62,618 nt of DNA from an uncultured Bacilli bacterium. GTDB taxonomy: Bacteria; Bacillota_I; Bacilli_A; RF39; UBA660. The position numbers were made by a program, and so were the translations under genes. The notes under the pieces were generated by a model. It was not told the origin of the DNA. It saw only the letters and a list, made by a program, of their open reading frames with translations, and did not search any database. How positions within the stretch are numbered: position 1 is the stretch's first letter; every line of letters begins with the position of its first letter. Positions 1-10,210 of this stretch are shown piece after piece. The stretch covers positions 1 to 62,618 of the forward strand of contig CAKOYE010000002.1 in NCBI GenBank assembly GCA_934130485.1. The letters are read 5' to 3'.

Positions 1-75
1 TGATTTTCATCATCCCTTATAATCACAATTCATTTATCAAATTTATTGTTGACCAACACTATTTGACAAAGAACC

Positions 76-783
76 TTAATTTTCATCACTAAATTTTTCA
101 ATACCAATTGTAAATTCACCAACTAATTCATTAAATTTAATCAAATTATTTGCTAGTTCACTTTTATCACTTTCACACTGAATTTGATCTAATTTTAATT
201 GTTCTTTTTCTTCATTTAAATTTTCTCTTTCAAACTTTAATTCTTGTTCTAACTTCTCTAGTTGTAATTTTTTTTCTTTCATAAAATCAATATTTTTTTG
301 TCTTTCTTCCTTAATTTTTTCTATTTCTTGCTTACGCTTTTCTTGAAATGACAATTTTTCATTATTTAATTTTTCTTGTTGTTGCTTTAATTCATCGATA
401 CTCTTTTCAATAACTAATTTCTTTTGTTTTAATTTTTCATATGCATTTTTTTTATATTCTTTGATTTTTTCATATTCCAATTCTTTATTTTTTTCAAATG
501 CATCTTTTTCCAAATTAAATTTTTTGATTTTTTCTTCTAATTGCTGTTTTAAGATCAAATTCTTCTGAAAAATATTTGTTGCTTCCTTTACATTATTATT
601 AGCACGTTCAAAAATATTCCCAATATCTACAGATTCTTTTTTAGTATTACCACTACCATCTTTTTTTCTGCTAATATCACTAACATCAGAACTATAGTTT
701 AAACTATTATCGATAATAAAATCTTTATCTAAATCAATTTCATTATCGTTTGAAATTGTTTTTTCAACATTACTCAAAGACAT
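76..783 (-). CDS. Coiled-coil protein, K/E-rich, function unknown
   Basis: 235-aa ORF. The C-terminal two thirds is continuous K/E/Q/L heptad-like sequence. A 4-nt gap to the upstream ORF suggests co-transcription. Confidence 0.6.
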   Translation of the reverse strand: MSLSNVEKTISNDNEIDLDKDFIIDNSLNYSSDVSDISRKKDGSGNTKKESVDIGNIFERANNNVKEATNIFQKNLILKQQLEEKIKKFNLEKDAFEKNKELEYEKIKEYKKNAYEKLKQKKLVIEKSIDELKQQQEKLNNEKLSFQEKRKQEIEKIKEERQKNIDFMKEKKLQLEKLEQELKFERENLNEEKEQLKLDQIQCESDKSELANNLIKFNELVGEFTIGIEKFSDEN

Positions 784-787
784 TTAA

Positions 788-1924
788 TTATTCCTTATTA
801 TCATTAGGTAATTTTGCAAAACTTGTATTAAATTGAGAAACTAATGTTTTAAATCTAGCACAACTTTGAGCTAAATTTTTATTTTCTAACTCTAACTTTT
901 TCTCTTCAACTTCTTTATATTTAGAAAATTGTTCTTGTTTGAATGCTAATTCTTTTTGTGAATTTTCAAGTCCTTGACGAATCACACCTGTTTCTTTTTC
1001 AAATTGTTCTTTTTCTGAATCAATTTTAGATTGCTCCAAATCTTTATATTTAGCAAATTCTTGTTCTTTTGTTGATAATTCATCTTGTCTTTCTTTCAAA
1101 CTTTTTTGAGTTAATTCTCTTTCTTTTTCAAATTGACTTCTATCTGATTCCAGCTTATTCTTATCATTTCTAATTTTTTCTTCTTCAACTTTTTTATAAT
1201 CTTCAAATTGTTCCTTTTCAGTTTCTAATTGTTCTTTTGTAATATTTAATGATTGCTCTAGTAAATCAAGTTCTGTATTTTTTGCTAAAACATCTTCATT
1301 AAATTTTGCCTCTTCACTTTCGATTCTTTGACGTTGTGTAGCAACATATTCATCACATTGTTGTTTTTCTTTTTCAATTGCTTTCTTTTGTTCTGCAACA
1401 TATCTATCGAATTCTTCTTTTTCATGCTCAAACTTTTCTTTAACTTCTTCTAAAGATTTCTCATTTTTATTTAATGAAGATTTTTTTTCAATTAGATTTG
1501 AAATAAAGTTATTTGCGCCAACAACATCAGTATATAAATTATTAAATAAAGAGTCAAAGTCCGAAAGTGCATCAGTATTTTCAACATTTGAATTACTTTC
1601 AACAATTTGATTTTCAGGAACAGTTTCTTTTTTTAAATCAGTTTCCATACTTGCTTGTTCATTTTCATTTAAATTAGAAATTTGTCCATTGTTTTCAGCA
1701 GGAGCTATTGTTTCAAATTGTGCAGGTTTCAATTCCTCATCATTTTTAGAATCCACAAGTGACGAAAAGTTATCATCATTTAATTCTTCTCCAATAGAGT
1801 CAAAATCATCGTCCAACAAATTTTTACTATCATCAATATCCATTATTTCTTTGTCATAGAAATCATTATTATTCTCACTTAATACATTATCATTAGTATT
1901 CATAAACTCTAATCCATTATCCAT
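788..1924 (-). CDS. Acidic N-terminal region plus repeated coiled-coil protein, function unknown
   Basis: ORF 788..1966. I prefer the ATG at 1924 (MDNGLEF...) because GAGGGGA lies 7-8 nt upstream. The C-terminal half has roughly 45-aa periodic EQF..YK..E modules. Confidence 0.6.
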   Translation of the reverse strand: MDNGLEFMNTNDNVLSENNNDFYDKEIMDIDDSKNLLDDDFDSIGEELNDDNFSSLVDSKNDEELKPAQFETIAPAENNGQISNLNENEQASMETDLKKETVPENQIVESNSNVENTDALSDFDSLFNNLYTDVVGANNFISNLIEKKSSLNKNEKSLEEVKEKFEHEKEEFDRYVAEQKKAIEKEKQQCDEYVATQRQRIESEEAKFNEDVLAKNTELDLLEQSLNITKEQLETEKEQFEDYKKVEEEKIRNDKNKLESDRSQFEKERELTQKSLKERQDELSTKEQEFAKYKDLEQSKIDSEKEQFEKETGVIRQGLENSQKELAFKQEQFSKYKEVEEKKLELENKNLAQSCARFKTLVSQFNTSFAKLPNDNKE

Positions 1925-2043
1925 ATTATTTCCCCTCTTTACTCTACTATTAACTAGAATATTCATACTCTAGCATAAAATATCATATACAGTATATCAC
2001 AATTTTTTTAAAAGTAAAATACTTTTTTAAAATTAAAATTATT

Positions 2044-4566
2044 TTATATTTTAAAATCATCTAAAAAATCATCTATAGTCATTATTTTACTATCAATACT
2101 ATCTAAAACTGGTTTCTCATTTATTGTTACTTTTTCATCTTCCAAAATAGAATCTTTTGTTATTAACCTACTTTCTTTAAAAGCATCAATTATGCTGCTT
2201 TTGCATATATTTGTGCCAGTTGAATATCTATCTAAAATTGGTATTTCTGTTGATTTTACACTAAATATATCATCTTTTGTTTTTATACCTAGTGTATCTT
2301 TATTGGCAACTATGAAAGTTTTTAAAATATTATAAGGATTTGTTTTAACATCTCTTATAATTTGAATGCCTCTTTTAGCTCTACTGATATATTCAAATTC
2401 ACTTAAATGTATTCGTTTTGCAGTATTCTTATTTGTTATTAAAACTAAATATTCATTAATATTACTAGAAAAAACACAACCATTTACTACATAATCATCT
2501 TTTAAATTTATTGCTTTAACACCACTTGTTTTAAGACCTACAATAGGTACCTCTTCAAGTTTATATCTTAATCCATAACCTAGATATGTTGTAACTAATA
2601 TATCACCAGAATTATTTAAACAAACTGAAACTACTTTATCATCATCTTTTAACTTTATACAAGTTATTGATTTTGAATACCTTTGTACTTTAAAGTCGGA
2701 TAAACTAGTTCTCTTTACCATACCATTTTTAGTAAATATAGTTATATATTGCTTTGAATCAAAATTATATATTGGAAAGGCCTCAATAATATTTTCGTCT
2801 TCATTTAATTTAATTATGTTACTTATATGTTTTCCTAATTCTTTCCACTTTAAATCAGGCAATTCATAAACTGGTACGAATAGATAATTTCCTAAATCAG
2901 TAAAAATTAAAATTGTATCTAGTGTATTCATAGATGATTGGCATACCACATAGTCACCATCCTTTACAGTAACTACACCTTCTTCACTAGAATTAAAACT
3001 TCTTAATGATGTTCTTTTAACATAACCATAATGTGTTACAATAACAACACAATCTTCTTTTGGTAATAATTCTGTTGTATCAATTTTTATATCTGTTATT
3101 TCTTCTTTAATAACTGTTTTTCTATCCACACCATATTCTTCTTTTATTCTAATTAGTTCTTTTTTAATTACATCCGCTAACTTTTTACTACTTGCTAAAA
3201 TACTTTCTAAAGATTTAATAATTTTTTGTAAATTCTTTTGTTCTTCTAACAATTCAGTTACATCAGTATTACTCAATCTATATAATTGTAAATCCACAAT
3301 TGCGGTAGCCTGTTTTTCTGTAAAATCAAATTTTAAAACTAAGTTATTTATTGAATCACTTTTATTTTTACTTGATCTAATAATTGCAATTATCTCATCT
3401 AAAATAGATAGCGCTTTAATAAGACCTTCTACTATATGCATACGTGCCTTAGCATGTTCTAAATCAAATTTTGTTTTTTTAGTTACAACTTCTTTTTGAT
3501 GTTCGATATAAGCCTTTAATATATCGATAATTCCTAGTGTCATTGGACGATTGTTAACAATCGATACCATATTATAATTATATGATATTTGCATTTCTGT
3601 ATTTTTTAGTAAATAGTTTAATATTAAATCACAATTAGCATCTTTTTTTAAATCAATAACTATTGTTTCTGGATTGTCAAGATTCGATTCATCTCTAACC
3701 TCTACTATTCCATCTATTTTTTTATCAATTCTAATATCATCTATTTTTTTTACTAATGCAGCTTTATTAACATCAAAAGGAATTTCTGTAATAATTATTT
3801 GTTTTTTTCCTTTGTTTTGTCCAATTTCATATTTAGATTTGACAATTATTTTCCCACGACCACTTTTAAATGATTCTCTAATACCATTTATTCCCTCTAC
3901 TATTCCACCGGTTGGAAAATCAGGACCTTTAACAATATTCATAATATCATCTAAAGAAGCATCAGGATTATCCATTAAATAAATAGTCGCATCAATTATT
4001 TCTTTTAAATTATGTGGAGGGATATTTGTAGCATATCCTGCACTAATACCAGTTGAACCATTGACAAGTAAATTTGGAAATTTTGCTGGTAACACAGTTG
4101 GCTCTAGTAAAGTATCATCATAATTCCAAGTCCACAAAATTGTATCTTTATCAATATCCTTTAAAAGTTCATTACTAATTTTTGATAATCTTGCTTCTGT
4201 ATAACGCATAGCAGCAGCACTATCGCCATCCATAGAACCGTTATTTCCGTGCATATCAACAGTAATAGCATTTTGTTTCCACCACTGACTCATTCTAACC
4301 ATAGCTTCATATATTGAAGAATCACCATGTGGATGGTATTGTCCCATAACGTTACCAACAGTTTTTGCTGATTTTTTATAGGCTTTATCAAATGTATTTT
4401 TATCTCTATACATACCATATAAAATTCTTCTTTGGACTGGTTTTAAACCGTCACGAACATCAGGAAGTGCTCTTTCTTGAATAATAGACTTTGCATATTC
4501 GCCAAATCTAACTCCCATTATTTCTTCTAGTGAATAATCAAAAATTCGTTTAATTGCATCTTGCAT
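2044..4566 (-). CDS. parC: DNA topoisomerase IV subunit A
   Basis: 840 aa. N-terminus reads RALPDVRDGLKPVQRRILYGM...GQYHPHGDSSIYEAMVRMSQWW, with the active-site context AAMRYTEARL and PNLLVNGSTGISAGYATNIPPHNL. I saw no GyrA box (QRRGGKG) in the C-terminal domain, which favours ParC over GyrA. Confidence 0.88.
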   Translation of the reverse strand: MQDAIKRIFDYSLEEIMGVRFGEYAKSIIQERALPDVRDGLKPVQRRILYGMYRDKNTFDKAYKKSAKTVGNVMGQYHPHGDSSIYEAMVRMSQWWKQNAITVDMHGNNGSMDGDSAAAMRYTEARLSKISNELLKDIDKDTILWTWNYDDTLLEPTVLPAKFPNLLVNGSTGISAGYATNIPPHNLKEIIDATIYLMDNPDASLDDIMNIVKGPDFPTGGIVEGINGIRESFKSGRGKIIVKSKYEIGQNKGKKQIIITEIPFDVNKAALVKKIDDIRIDKKIDGIVEVRDESNLDNPETIVIDLKKDANCDLILNYLLKNTEMQISYNYNMVSIVNNRPMTLGIIDILKAYIEHQKEVVTKKTKFDLEHAKARMHIVEGLIKALSILDEIIAIIRSSKNKSDSINNLVLKFDFTEKQATAIVDLQLYRLSNTDVTELLEEQKNLQKIIKSLESILASSKKLADVIKKELIRIKEEYGVDRKTVIKEEITDIKIDTTELLPKEDCVVIVTHYGYVKRTSLRSFNSSEEGVVTVKDGDYVVCQSSMNTLDTILIFTDLGNYLFVPVYELPDLKWKELGKHISNIIKLNEDENIIEAFPIYNFDSKQYITIFTKNGMVKRTSLSDFKVQRYSKSITCIKLKDDDKVVSVCLNNSGDILVTTYLGYGLRYKLEEVPIVGLKTSGVKAINLKDDYVVNGCVFSSNINEYLVLITNKNTAKRIHLSEFEYISRAKRGIQIIRDVKTNPYNILKTFIVANKDTLGIKTKDDIFSVKSTEIPILDRYSTGTNICKSSIIDAFKESRLITKDSILEDEKVTINEKPVLDSIDSKIMTIDDFLDDFKI

Positions 4567-4634
4567 AATATCACCTTAGTTAATTATAAACAAAAAAAAT
4601 AAAAAAAGCAAATTTCTTTTTTTATTTTTAATCT

Positions 4635-6374
4635 TTATTCATTATTTAATTCATCTGGATTTTCATTAGTATCTGAATTATTAACACCACTCATTTCATT
4701 ATTAGTCGAATTATCATCATTTTTCTTAGTTGTAGTAGTTGTTGTCGTAGTTGTTGTTGGTTTAGCTGTTGTAACTGTAGTTGTGGTAGTACTAGTACTA
4801 GTTGTAGTACTAGTTGTAGTACTTGATGTAACTTGTGATGTTTGAGTAGTTGTTTTAGTAGTAGCTTTAACTGAATTATTTGTACCTTGATTTGGATTTG
4901 TTGTAGTACTCTTTAAATCTATTTGCTCACCATTCATAACTTTTTCAATAACATTATGTGCATAATCAACAGTTGTATAGTCTGGTTCCATAACATACAA
5001 TTTTTGAGTACCATAACTATATGTATAATTTTCTGAGTCACTACCATTTAAACTTACAGACGCAATATTCCACTTTGGCATCTTATCAATTTGAAATTTA
5101 GCAAGTTTTTGAATTTCAGTCATTCCCATATTTGTTTGAAATGAATCATTTAATGCGTCTAGAATGTTTGTATATTTATTTATTATTTTTGGACTCATAG
5201 CTTTATTTACAATTGCTGTTATAACAGCTTGTTGATTTTTAACACGTTGCCTATCACCATCTATAAAATTATATCTAGCCCTTGCAAAAGCAAGTGCATA
5301 TTCACCATTTACAGTATTATATCCTTCATAAAACTGATAACCATACGTGTTGAATGTATATTCAGAGTAAACATCAACGCCTTCTAAAACATCAACTAAT
5401 TTTATAAGTGAAGAAAAATTAACTCTCACATAGTAATTGATATCTATATCAAGTAAATTTTCAATTGTACCAATAGAACAATCTATTCCATACATACCTG
5501 CATGTGTTAATTTATCTTTTTCATTATAGCAAGAAAGATTTACATAATAATCTCTTGGAATGGATGTTAGTAAAACCTGTTTTGTAATTGGATTTATAGT
5601 AACAACCATATTAACATCACTTCTTGCTACCGAATCTATTTCACCATAGGTATCTATTCCACTTAAAAATATATTAAATGATTTTTTTGTTACATCAATT
5701 TCATCAGCTTCAACTTTAGATTCTTTTTTTATTGAAAATTTATAAAGAATTTTCACTTTTGAATCAAAATCTTCTATTTGTTCATCCAAAATACTTTTAT
5801 GATAATCAGCAAGTAAAATAGCATCAACTTCTTTTTTTATTAAAGAATTGCCTAATTCAAATATATTTTTACTTGTTACATTTTCAAATACAACTTCACC
5901 CTTTAATTTTTCTAAGGCCTCATTTGTTGTACCTAAATTATTAACATAACCCACTTTTTTATCAAGTAAATCAGATTCACTAGATAATTTACTATCTTTT
6001 AGAACCAAAACATAATAATTTTCAATCTTATAATTGCTAGTAGTTATAGTTTTTAAAAATGATATTGTTCTATCAATATAATGATTTGCAAAAAATAAAC
6101 ACGCACTTAAAATTATTAAGATAACAATACTTACTATCTTTATTTTCCACTTAATCTTTTTGTTTATGCATAAAATACCAAAAATAGCTAGAAATATAAT
6201 ATCTACTATAAAAATTAAAAATGTAAATTTAAAAGGAAGCATATTAAGTTTAAAAATATTAATTGTTAATAAAAGCGACATAATAAAGAAGCATATATAA
6301 GAAATCAAACTAAATATATAAATTACTTTTTTTGTCTTTGGATTTATTTTTTTATCTTTTTTCTTTTTTTTCAT
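4635..6374 (-). CDS. LytR-CpsA-Psr (LCP) family cell-wall polymer transferase with Thr-rich C-terminal tail
   Basis: Basic N-terminus plus TM segments. LCP core reads FNIFLSGIDTYGE..ARSDVNMVVTINP..LLTSIPRDYYV. The C-terminal ~90 aa is poly-Thr/Ser low complexity. Confidence 0.85.
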   Translation of the reverse strand: MKKKKKDKKINPKTKKVIYIFSLISYICFFIMSLLLTINIFKLNMLPFKFTFLIFIVDIIFLAIFGILCINKKIKWKIKIVSIVILIILSACLFFANHYIDRTISFLKTITTSNYKIENYYVLVLKDSKLSSESDLLDKKVGYVNNLGTTNEALEKLKGEVVFENVTSKNIFELGNSLIKKEVDAILLADYHKSILDEQIEDFDSKVKILYKFSIKKESKVEADEIDVTKKSFNIFLSGIDTYGEIDSVARSDVNMVVTINPITKQVLLTSIPRDYYVNLSCYNEKDKLTHAGMYGIDCSIGTIENLLDIDINYYVRVNFSSLIKLVDVLEGVDVYSEYTFNTYGYQFYEGYNTVNGEYALAFARARYNFIDGDRQRVKNQQAVITAIVNKAMSPKIINKYTNILDALNDSFQTNMGMTEIQKLAKFQIDKMPKWNIASVSLNGSDSENYTYSYGTQKLYVMEPDYTTVDYAHNVIEKVMNGEQIDLKSTTTNPNQGTNNSVKATTKTTTQTSQVTSSTTTSTTTSTSTTTTTVTTAKPTTTTTTTTTTKKNDDNSTNNEMSGVNNSDTNENPDELNNE

Positions 6375-6478
6375 TATAATACCTCTACCTCATATTAATT
6401 GTTATTTATTGTACTAGAAAATTATAACACTTTTTTTCATTATTAGCAAATTTAATTAAATAAAAAATATAAGCCATC

Positions 6479-7087
6479 TTAATGACTTATATTAATTTTT
6501 TCTTTTATTAAAACTTTTCCTTGAGCTAAATATTCATTTGAATCTTCTGGTGCCTTTTTAAAATTAGGATTCCAATAGTAATAAGATTTTTCATAAAACT
6601 TATCATAAGGTAATGTTTCATCAGGTATAAAAAATTCACTAGTTTTAAATATATCGCCTTCTATCTCTACTCTGTACAATTCCAAATTAGCTCTTCCAAA
6701 TTTTTTACTCCATTCCAAAATACCTTTCTCGTCTGTTAAATACATAGAATGTAATCTACTAGGATACATATAGTTATTATTTACACGAAAATTTTCTAAA
6801 GCTGATTCTCTTTTAAACTCATTAGCTCTAAAAGACACCTTATATGCCTCATCAATAATTTTCATAGCTATTTTTCCATTAATTTCACCAGATTCAAAAT
6901 AATAATTTATAACATCTTGCAAGTTTGCTTTATCTTTTGTAAAAGTAGATGACGCTGTTGTAAAATCACAAAATCTTTTATATGTTGAACTCTTAAAATC
7001 GTTTGAAACATTAATTGTATTTCCAACCTTCCAAAAATGATCATAACAGCCAGCTTTGTGAAAATGATATAATTCCTGTTTTTCCAT
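6479..7087 (-). CDS. Hypothetical protein
   Basis: 202-aa ORF, last of three co-directional genes (8947 down to 6479). I recognised no motif. Confidence 0.5.
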   Translation of the reverse strand: MEKQELYHFHKAGCYDHFWKVGNTINVSNDFKSSTYKRFCDFTTASSTFTKDKANLQDVINYYFESGEINGKIAMKIIDEAYKVSFRANEFKRESALENFRVNNNYMYPSRLHSMYLTDEKGILEWSKKFGRANLELYRVEIEGDIFKTSEFFIPDETLPYDKFYEKSYYYWNPNFKKAPEDSNEYLAQGKVLIKEKINISH

Positions 7088-7143
7088 ATAAAATTCCCCT
7101 CGGACTAGGTATTATAGCACAATTTTATATCTTTTTCAAATTT

Positions 7144-7632
7144 TTATTTTTTATAAATTTCCTTTGATATAATTTTAACCCTAATACCACTATTTAATAT
7201 AATAATATCATTTATGTTATGTTCATAAACTTTTGAAACAATCTCTGCAGAACTTTCTATATTAACACCAATTTCATAATTTTCTATTTCAGAGTCACCA
7301 TCAAATAGAACAGAAAAATGACCATAAAATGATAACATTGATTTTTTATTAAAATATAATGATTCAGCTGGTAAATCTTTCTTTAGACATTTCAAATATC
7401 TGTTTTCCGAACCAAAATCAATATTTATTTTAGGGTAATCTACCATATATGAAATTTTATTTCTTTTTAAATAATAAAGTACTTCATCAAGAAGATAAAT
7501 TGGAAAACCAGTCTTTACCTTGTCATTTCCAATATTCACTAACTTGTACTTCATAATATAAGAAATAATATATGCATCATTTTCATATACAGAATAGAAA
7601 TTACCCGTTTTTTTAATTTTAACGCTATTCAT
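7144..7632 (-). CDS. Small protein resembling MutS mismatch-binding domain I
   Basis: ORF 7144..7668. The ATG at 7632 (MNSVKIKK) avoids overlap with the upstream stop at 7643. KKTGNFYSVYENDAYIISYIMKYKL....KTGFPIYLLDEVLYYLKRNKISY parallels the MutS N-terminal pattern GDFYE-F..DA....L...LT....P..G-P......Y...L...G. Confidence 0.45.
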   Translation of the reverse strand: MNSVKIKKTGNFYSVYENDAYIISYIMKYKLVNIGNDKVKTGFPIYLLDEVLYYLKRNKISYMVDYPKINIDFGSENRYLKCLKKDLPAESLYFNKKSMLSFYGHFSVLFDGDSEIENYEIGVNIESSAEIVSKVYEHNINDIIILNSGIRVKIISKEIYKK

Positions 7633-7642
7633 ATCAACTACC

Positions 7643-8947
7643 CTAGTCTTTCCTCTCAAGCTCATCAAACATTTTTTTCATAGTTGGATTATTATTAGTT
7701 AATTTTTTTATAGTTAAGTCTTCTGCTTTATTATTTGCTAATCTCAAATTATTTTCACTTGATAATAATGCTTCTTTTGTTTTTTGTAAATGATCAATAG
7801 TTTTATCTATTTCATCAATTGCTTTATTAAATTTTTCAGATGCTAATCTGTAATTTCTAGAAAAACCTTCCTTAAATGCATTCATATTTTCTTCAAAATG
7901 GGAAATATCTATATTTTGATTTTGTATTTCTATTAATTGTTTTTTATATTTTAAAGTATTTATTGCTGCCCCTCTAATTAAAGTAATAATAGGAATAAAA
8001 AATTGTGGCCTTATTACATACATTTTTTCATATTTATAAGATACATCAACTATTCCATCATTATAATAATCATTATCTATTTCCAAAAGGGAAACCAAAA
8101 CAGCATATTCACAATTTTTTTCTTTTCTATCTTTATCTAATTCTTTGAAAAAGTCTTCATTTTTATGTTTAGTTGCAGTTTCATCTGCTTCATTTTTCAT
8201 TTCAAACATAATAGAAACAAACTCTTCATTTCCATCGCTATAATCTCTAAATATGAAATCACCTTTTGAACCAGTTTTGGCATCATTATCTTTTTCAAAA
8301 TATGCATTTTTAAATAAAGGTCTTAACTTATTAAATTCAGCATAACAATGGTTCTCTAATGATTCACCTATCATTTTAGTTGATTGCTTTGCTTTTAAAT
8401 CTTTATAATACGCAATCATTTCATCTTTAGTTTTCAATTTGTTTTCATAATTGTCCTTTAGAGATTGTTCTTTTAATTTATATTCTTTACCATCTAGTTC
8501 GATTTTATTTTTTAAATCAGTTATATTTTTTTCCTTTTGACTTACTATCTCATCTATTTTTGATTTATGAATAGTATCATTATATTTTATATCTTGTTCT
8601 AATTTTGAAATTGTCAAATTTAATTTATTTATTTCATCTTTATATTGATTTTCAGTATTAATTTTTGTATTTGTTAAAATTGATGATTGTAATTCATCTT
8701 TAGTTTTTAGTTCATTTTTTAATTTTAGAATTTCTAAGTTTAAACTATTTATTTTTTCATTCATAGTTTTATCTATTTCATTTTTTGCGATTGTAATAGC
8801 AGATTTTTTTTCATTTTCAAATTGTTGCTCACGATTTTTAAGTTCGCTATAAAACTCCTGATCTCTAATTTGTTTTAAAATTGAATTATAGTTTTGTTCA
8901 TCTATTTTAAACATTGAACCACATTTTGGACATTTAATTTCATTCAT
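7643..8947 (-). CDS. DUF2130-like protein: N-terminal zinc ribbon, long coiled coil, C-terminal PD-(D/E)xK-like domain
   Basis: 434 aa. Starts [17 protein letters not shown], followed by ~180 aa of coiled coil. GDFIFRD ... FEMKNE fits a D...ExK nuclease motif. Confidence 0.65.
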   Translation of the reverse strand: MNEIKCPKCGSMFKIDEQNYNSILKQIRDQEFYSELKNREQQFENEKKSAITIAKNEIDKTMNEKINSLNLEILKLKNELKTKDELQSSILTNTKINTENQYKDEINKLNLTISKLEQDIKYNDTIHKSKIDEIVSQKEKNITDLKNKIELDGKEYKLKEQSLKDNYENKLKTKDEMIAYYKDLKAKQSTKMIGESLENHCYAEFNKLRPLFKNAYFEKDNDAKTGSKGDFIFRDYSDGNEEFVSIMFEMKNEADETATKHKNEDFFKELDKDRKEKNCEYAVLVSLLEIDNDYYNDGIVDVSYKYEKMYVIRPQFFIPIITLIRGAAINTLKYKKQLIEIQNQNIDISHFEENMNAFKEGFSRNYRLASEKFNKAIDEIDKTIDHLQKTKEALLSSENNLRLANNKAEDLTIKKLTNNNPTMKKMFDELERKD

Positions 8948-9059
8948 ATTTTACACCTCACATTTTAAAAATTATTTTTAACTTTATTATTTAAACTAAG
9001 AAAATTTTATCATTTTAATTTATTTTTAGCAATAAAAAAAGCCTTTATTGGCTTAAATT

Positions 9060-9643
9060 TTAATCTAATTTAATAACGCTTAATTTAGCATTAGTAGTAC
9101 CATCAAAAATTAAATCAGTTTCTTGCTCTGATGTTATTACCAATGTTACTTCATCACCTTCAGCAAGTGAAAATAAAAGAGAACCGGTTACACTGCTGAT
9201 AGAATTTACTTTCCCTTCACCCTTTATTGGGCTACCAGGCAATTTTGTGCCAGAAGCTTTAATACTAACAACATAATTAGTATCTACCGATGTTGCAGAA
9301 TTCAAAAAATAACTAATTTGATATAAACCACATTTTCTTATTTCAATCGCATAAGAACTGTCATACTCTGTAAAAATTGCAGTACCAGTTTTTTCAAGTG
9401 GAATAATTATATCTGTACCGGCTGTAATTTTAAATCTTTGAGTGGAATCTGAATATCTTACGCCATATGCTCCAACTCCATTAGGATCACCTTTAGCTCC
9501 TTGTATCCCTTGTGGTCCAGTTTCTCCTTTTGATCCGGTTTGACCTTGAATATAACAATATTTGATATTTTTATTGGCTTCCTCTATAATTTTTTTGCCT
9601 TTTCATAACTATTATTGCAAGAGCATTCATGTTCATTATTCAT
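9060..9643 (-). pseudogene. Collagen-like (G-X-Y) surface protein with BclA/C1q-like C-terminal domain, frameshifted at a poly(A)7 tract
   Basis: ATG at 9643 with GGGAGAG upstream gives MNNEHECSCNNSYEKAKKL then a stop. The +1 frame continues IIEEANKNIKYCYIQGQTGSKGETGPQGIQGAKGDPNGVGAYGV...KASGTKLPG... to 9060. The frames join at the T7 run at 9590..9596 (plus strand). Confidence 0.6.
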
Positions 9644-9931
9644 ATGTATTACTCTCCCAATATATTTATGTTAAATAAAAATTTTTTCTTCTACTTTTAA
9701 TAAATTTTGCCTTTTCATTTAAAATAAATCCTATAACTATAAATAACATAAACATATTTTTATATTTTTCAAAATTTTAATTTATGCTTATTTATTAGTA
9801 TTTTTACACTTAAAAAGTACTGAATTATATTATTACAGTACTTTTATTTAATATATAAAGTTTTCTATTTTTTATTATAATATATAATTAAAAAATTGTT
9901 TTGATTATTCTTTAACGATGACAACTAGCTA

Positions 9932-10171
9932 TCACATTAAAAAAAGTGATAATATCATTTTTTTCTCTTCTTCATCAACCCTAATATGTTTTGATATAAA
10001 TTTATTAATTGATTCTTTAATAGTCAAATCTTTATCAAAATATTTTTGATAAAGATTAATATCATATATTAATCCATTATTTTTTCTTTCTATTTCAAAA
10101 AACTCTATAATTTTTCTTAACAAATAAAAATCAATATCACTATTATTCATAAATAATAATTCATGTATCAA
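9932..10171 (-). CDS. C-terminal fragment of the kinase-like gene, or a separate small ORF
   Basis: 79-aa ORF in the same frame as 10211..10708. The two are separated by a single TAA and 13 open codons. Confidence 0.35.
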   Translation of the reverse strand: MIHELLFMNNSDIDFYLLRKIIEFFEIERKNNGLIYDINLYQKYFDKDLTIKESINKFISKHIRVDEEEKKMILSLFLM

Positions 10172-10210
10172 TTTGTTAATTTTATTATAATTCCAATTTA
10201 CAATAAGATT

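Noticed and set aside
1-12. Start of a minus-strand gene at the left window edge (AAGGGA then ATGATGAAAATCA reading leftwards).
   Set aside because: Only four codons fall inside the window, which is too little to call a feature.
3674-3982. Antisense or alternative-frame ORFs lying wholly inside longer conserved genes. Examples: 3674..3982, 11602..11880, 12159..12347, 17122..17409, 18228..18434, 19582..19809, 23497..23730, 24379..24582, 27349..27567, 33222..33512, 36991..37221, 39102..39404, 42714..42905, 43220..43438, 46219..46449, 47996..48181, 48704..48886, 51499..51953, 56075..56458, 58680..58883, 59373..59669, 59838..60116, 60855..61040, 61182..61451.
   Set aside because: They sit opposite or inside genes with clear family motifs, lack SD sequences, and have the low-complexity F/L/I/S composition expected from translating the antisense of AT-rich coding DNA.
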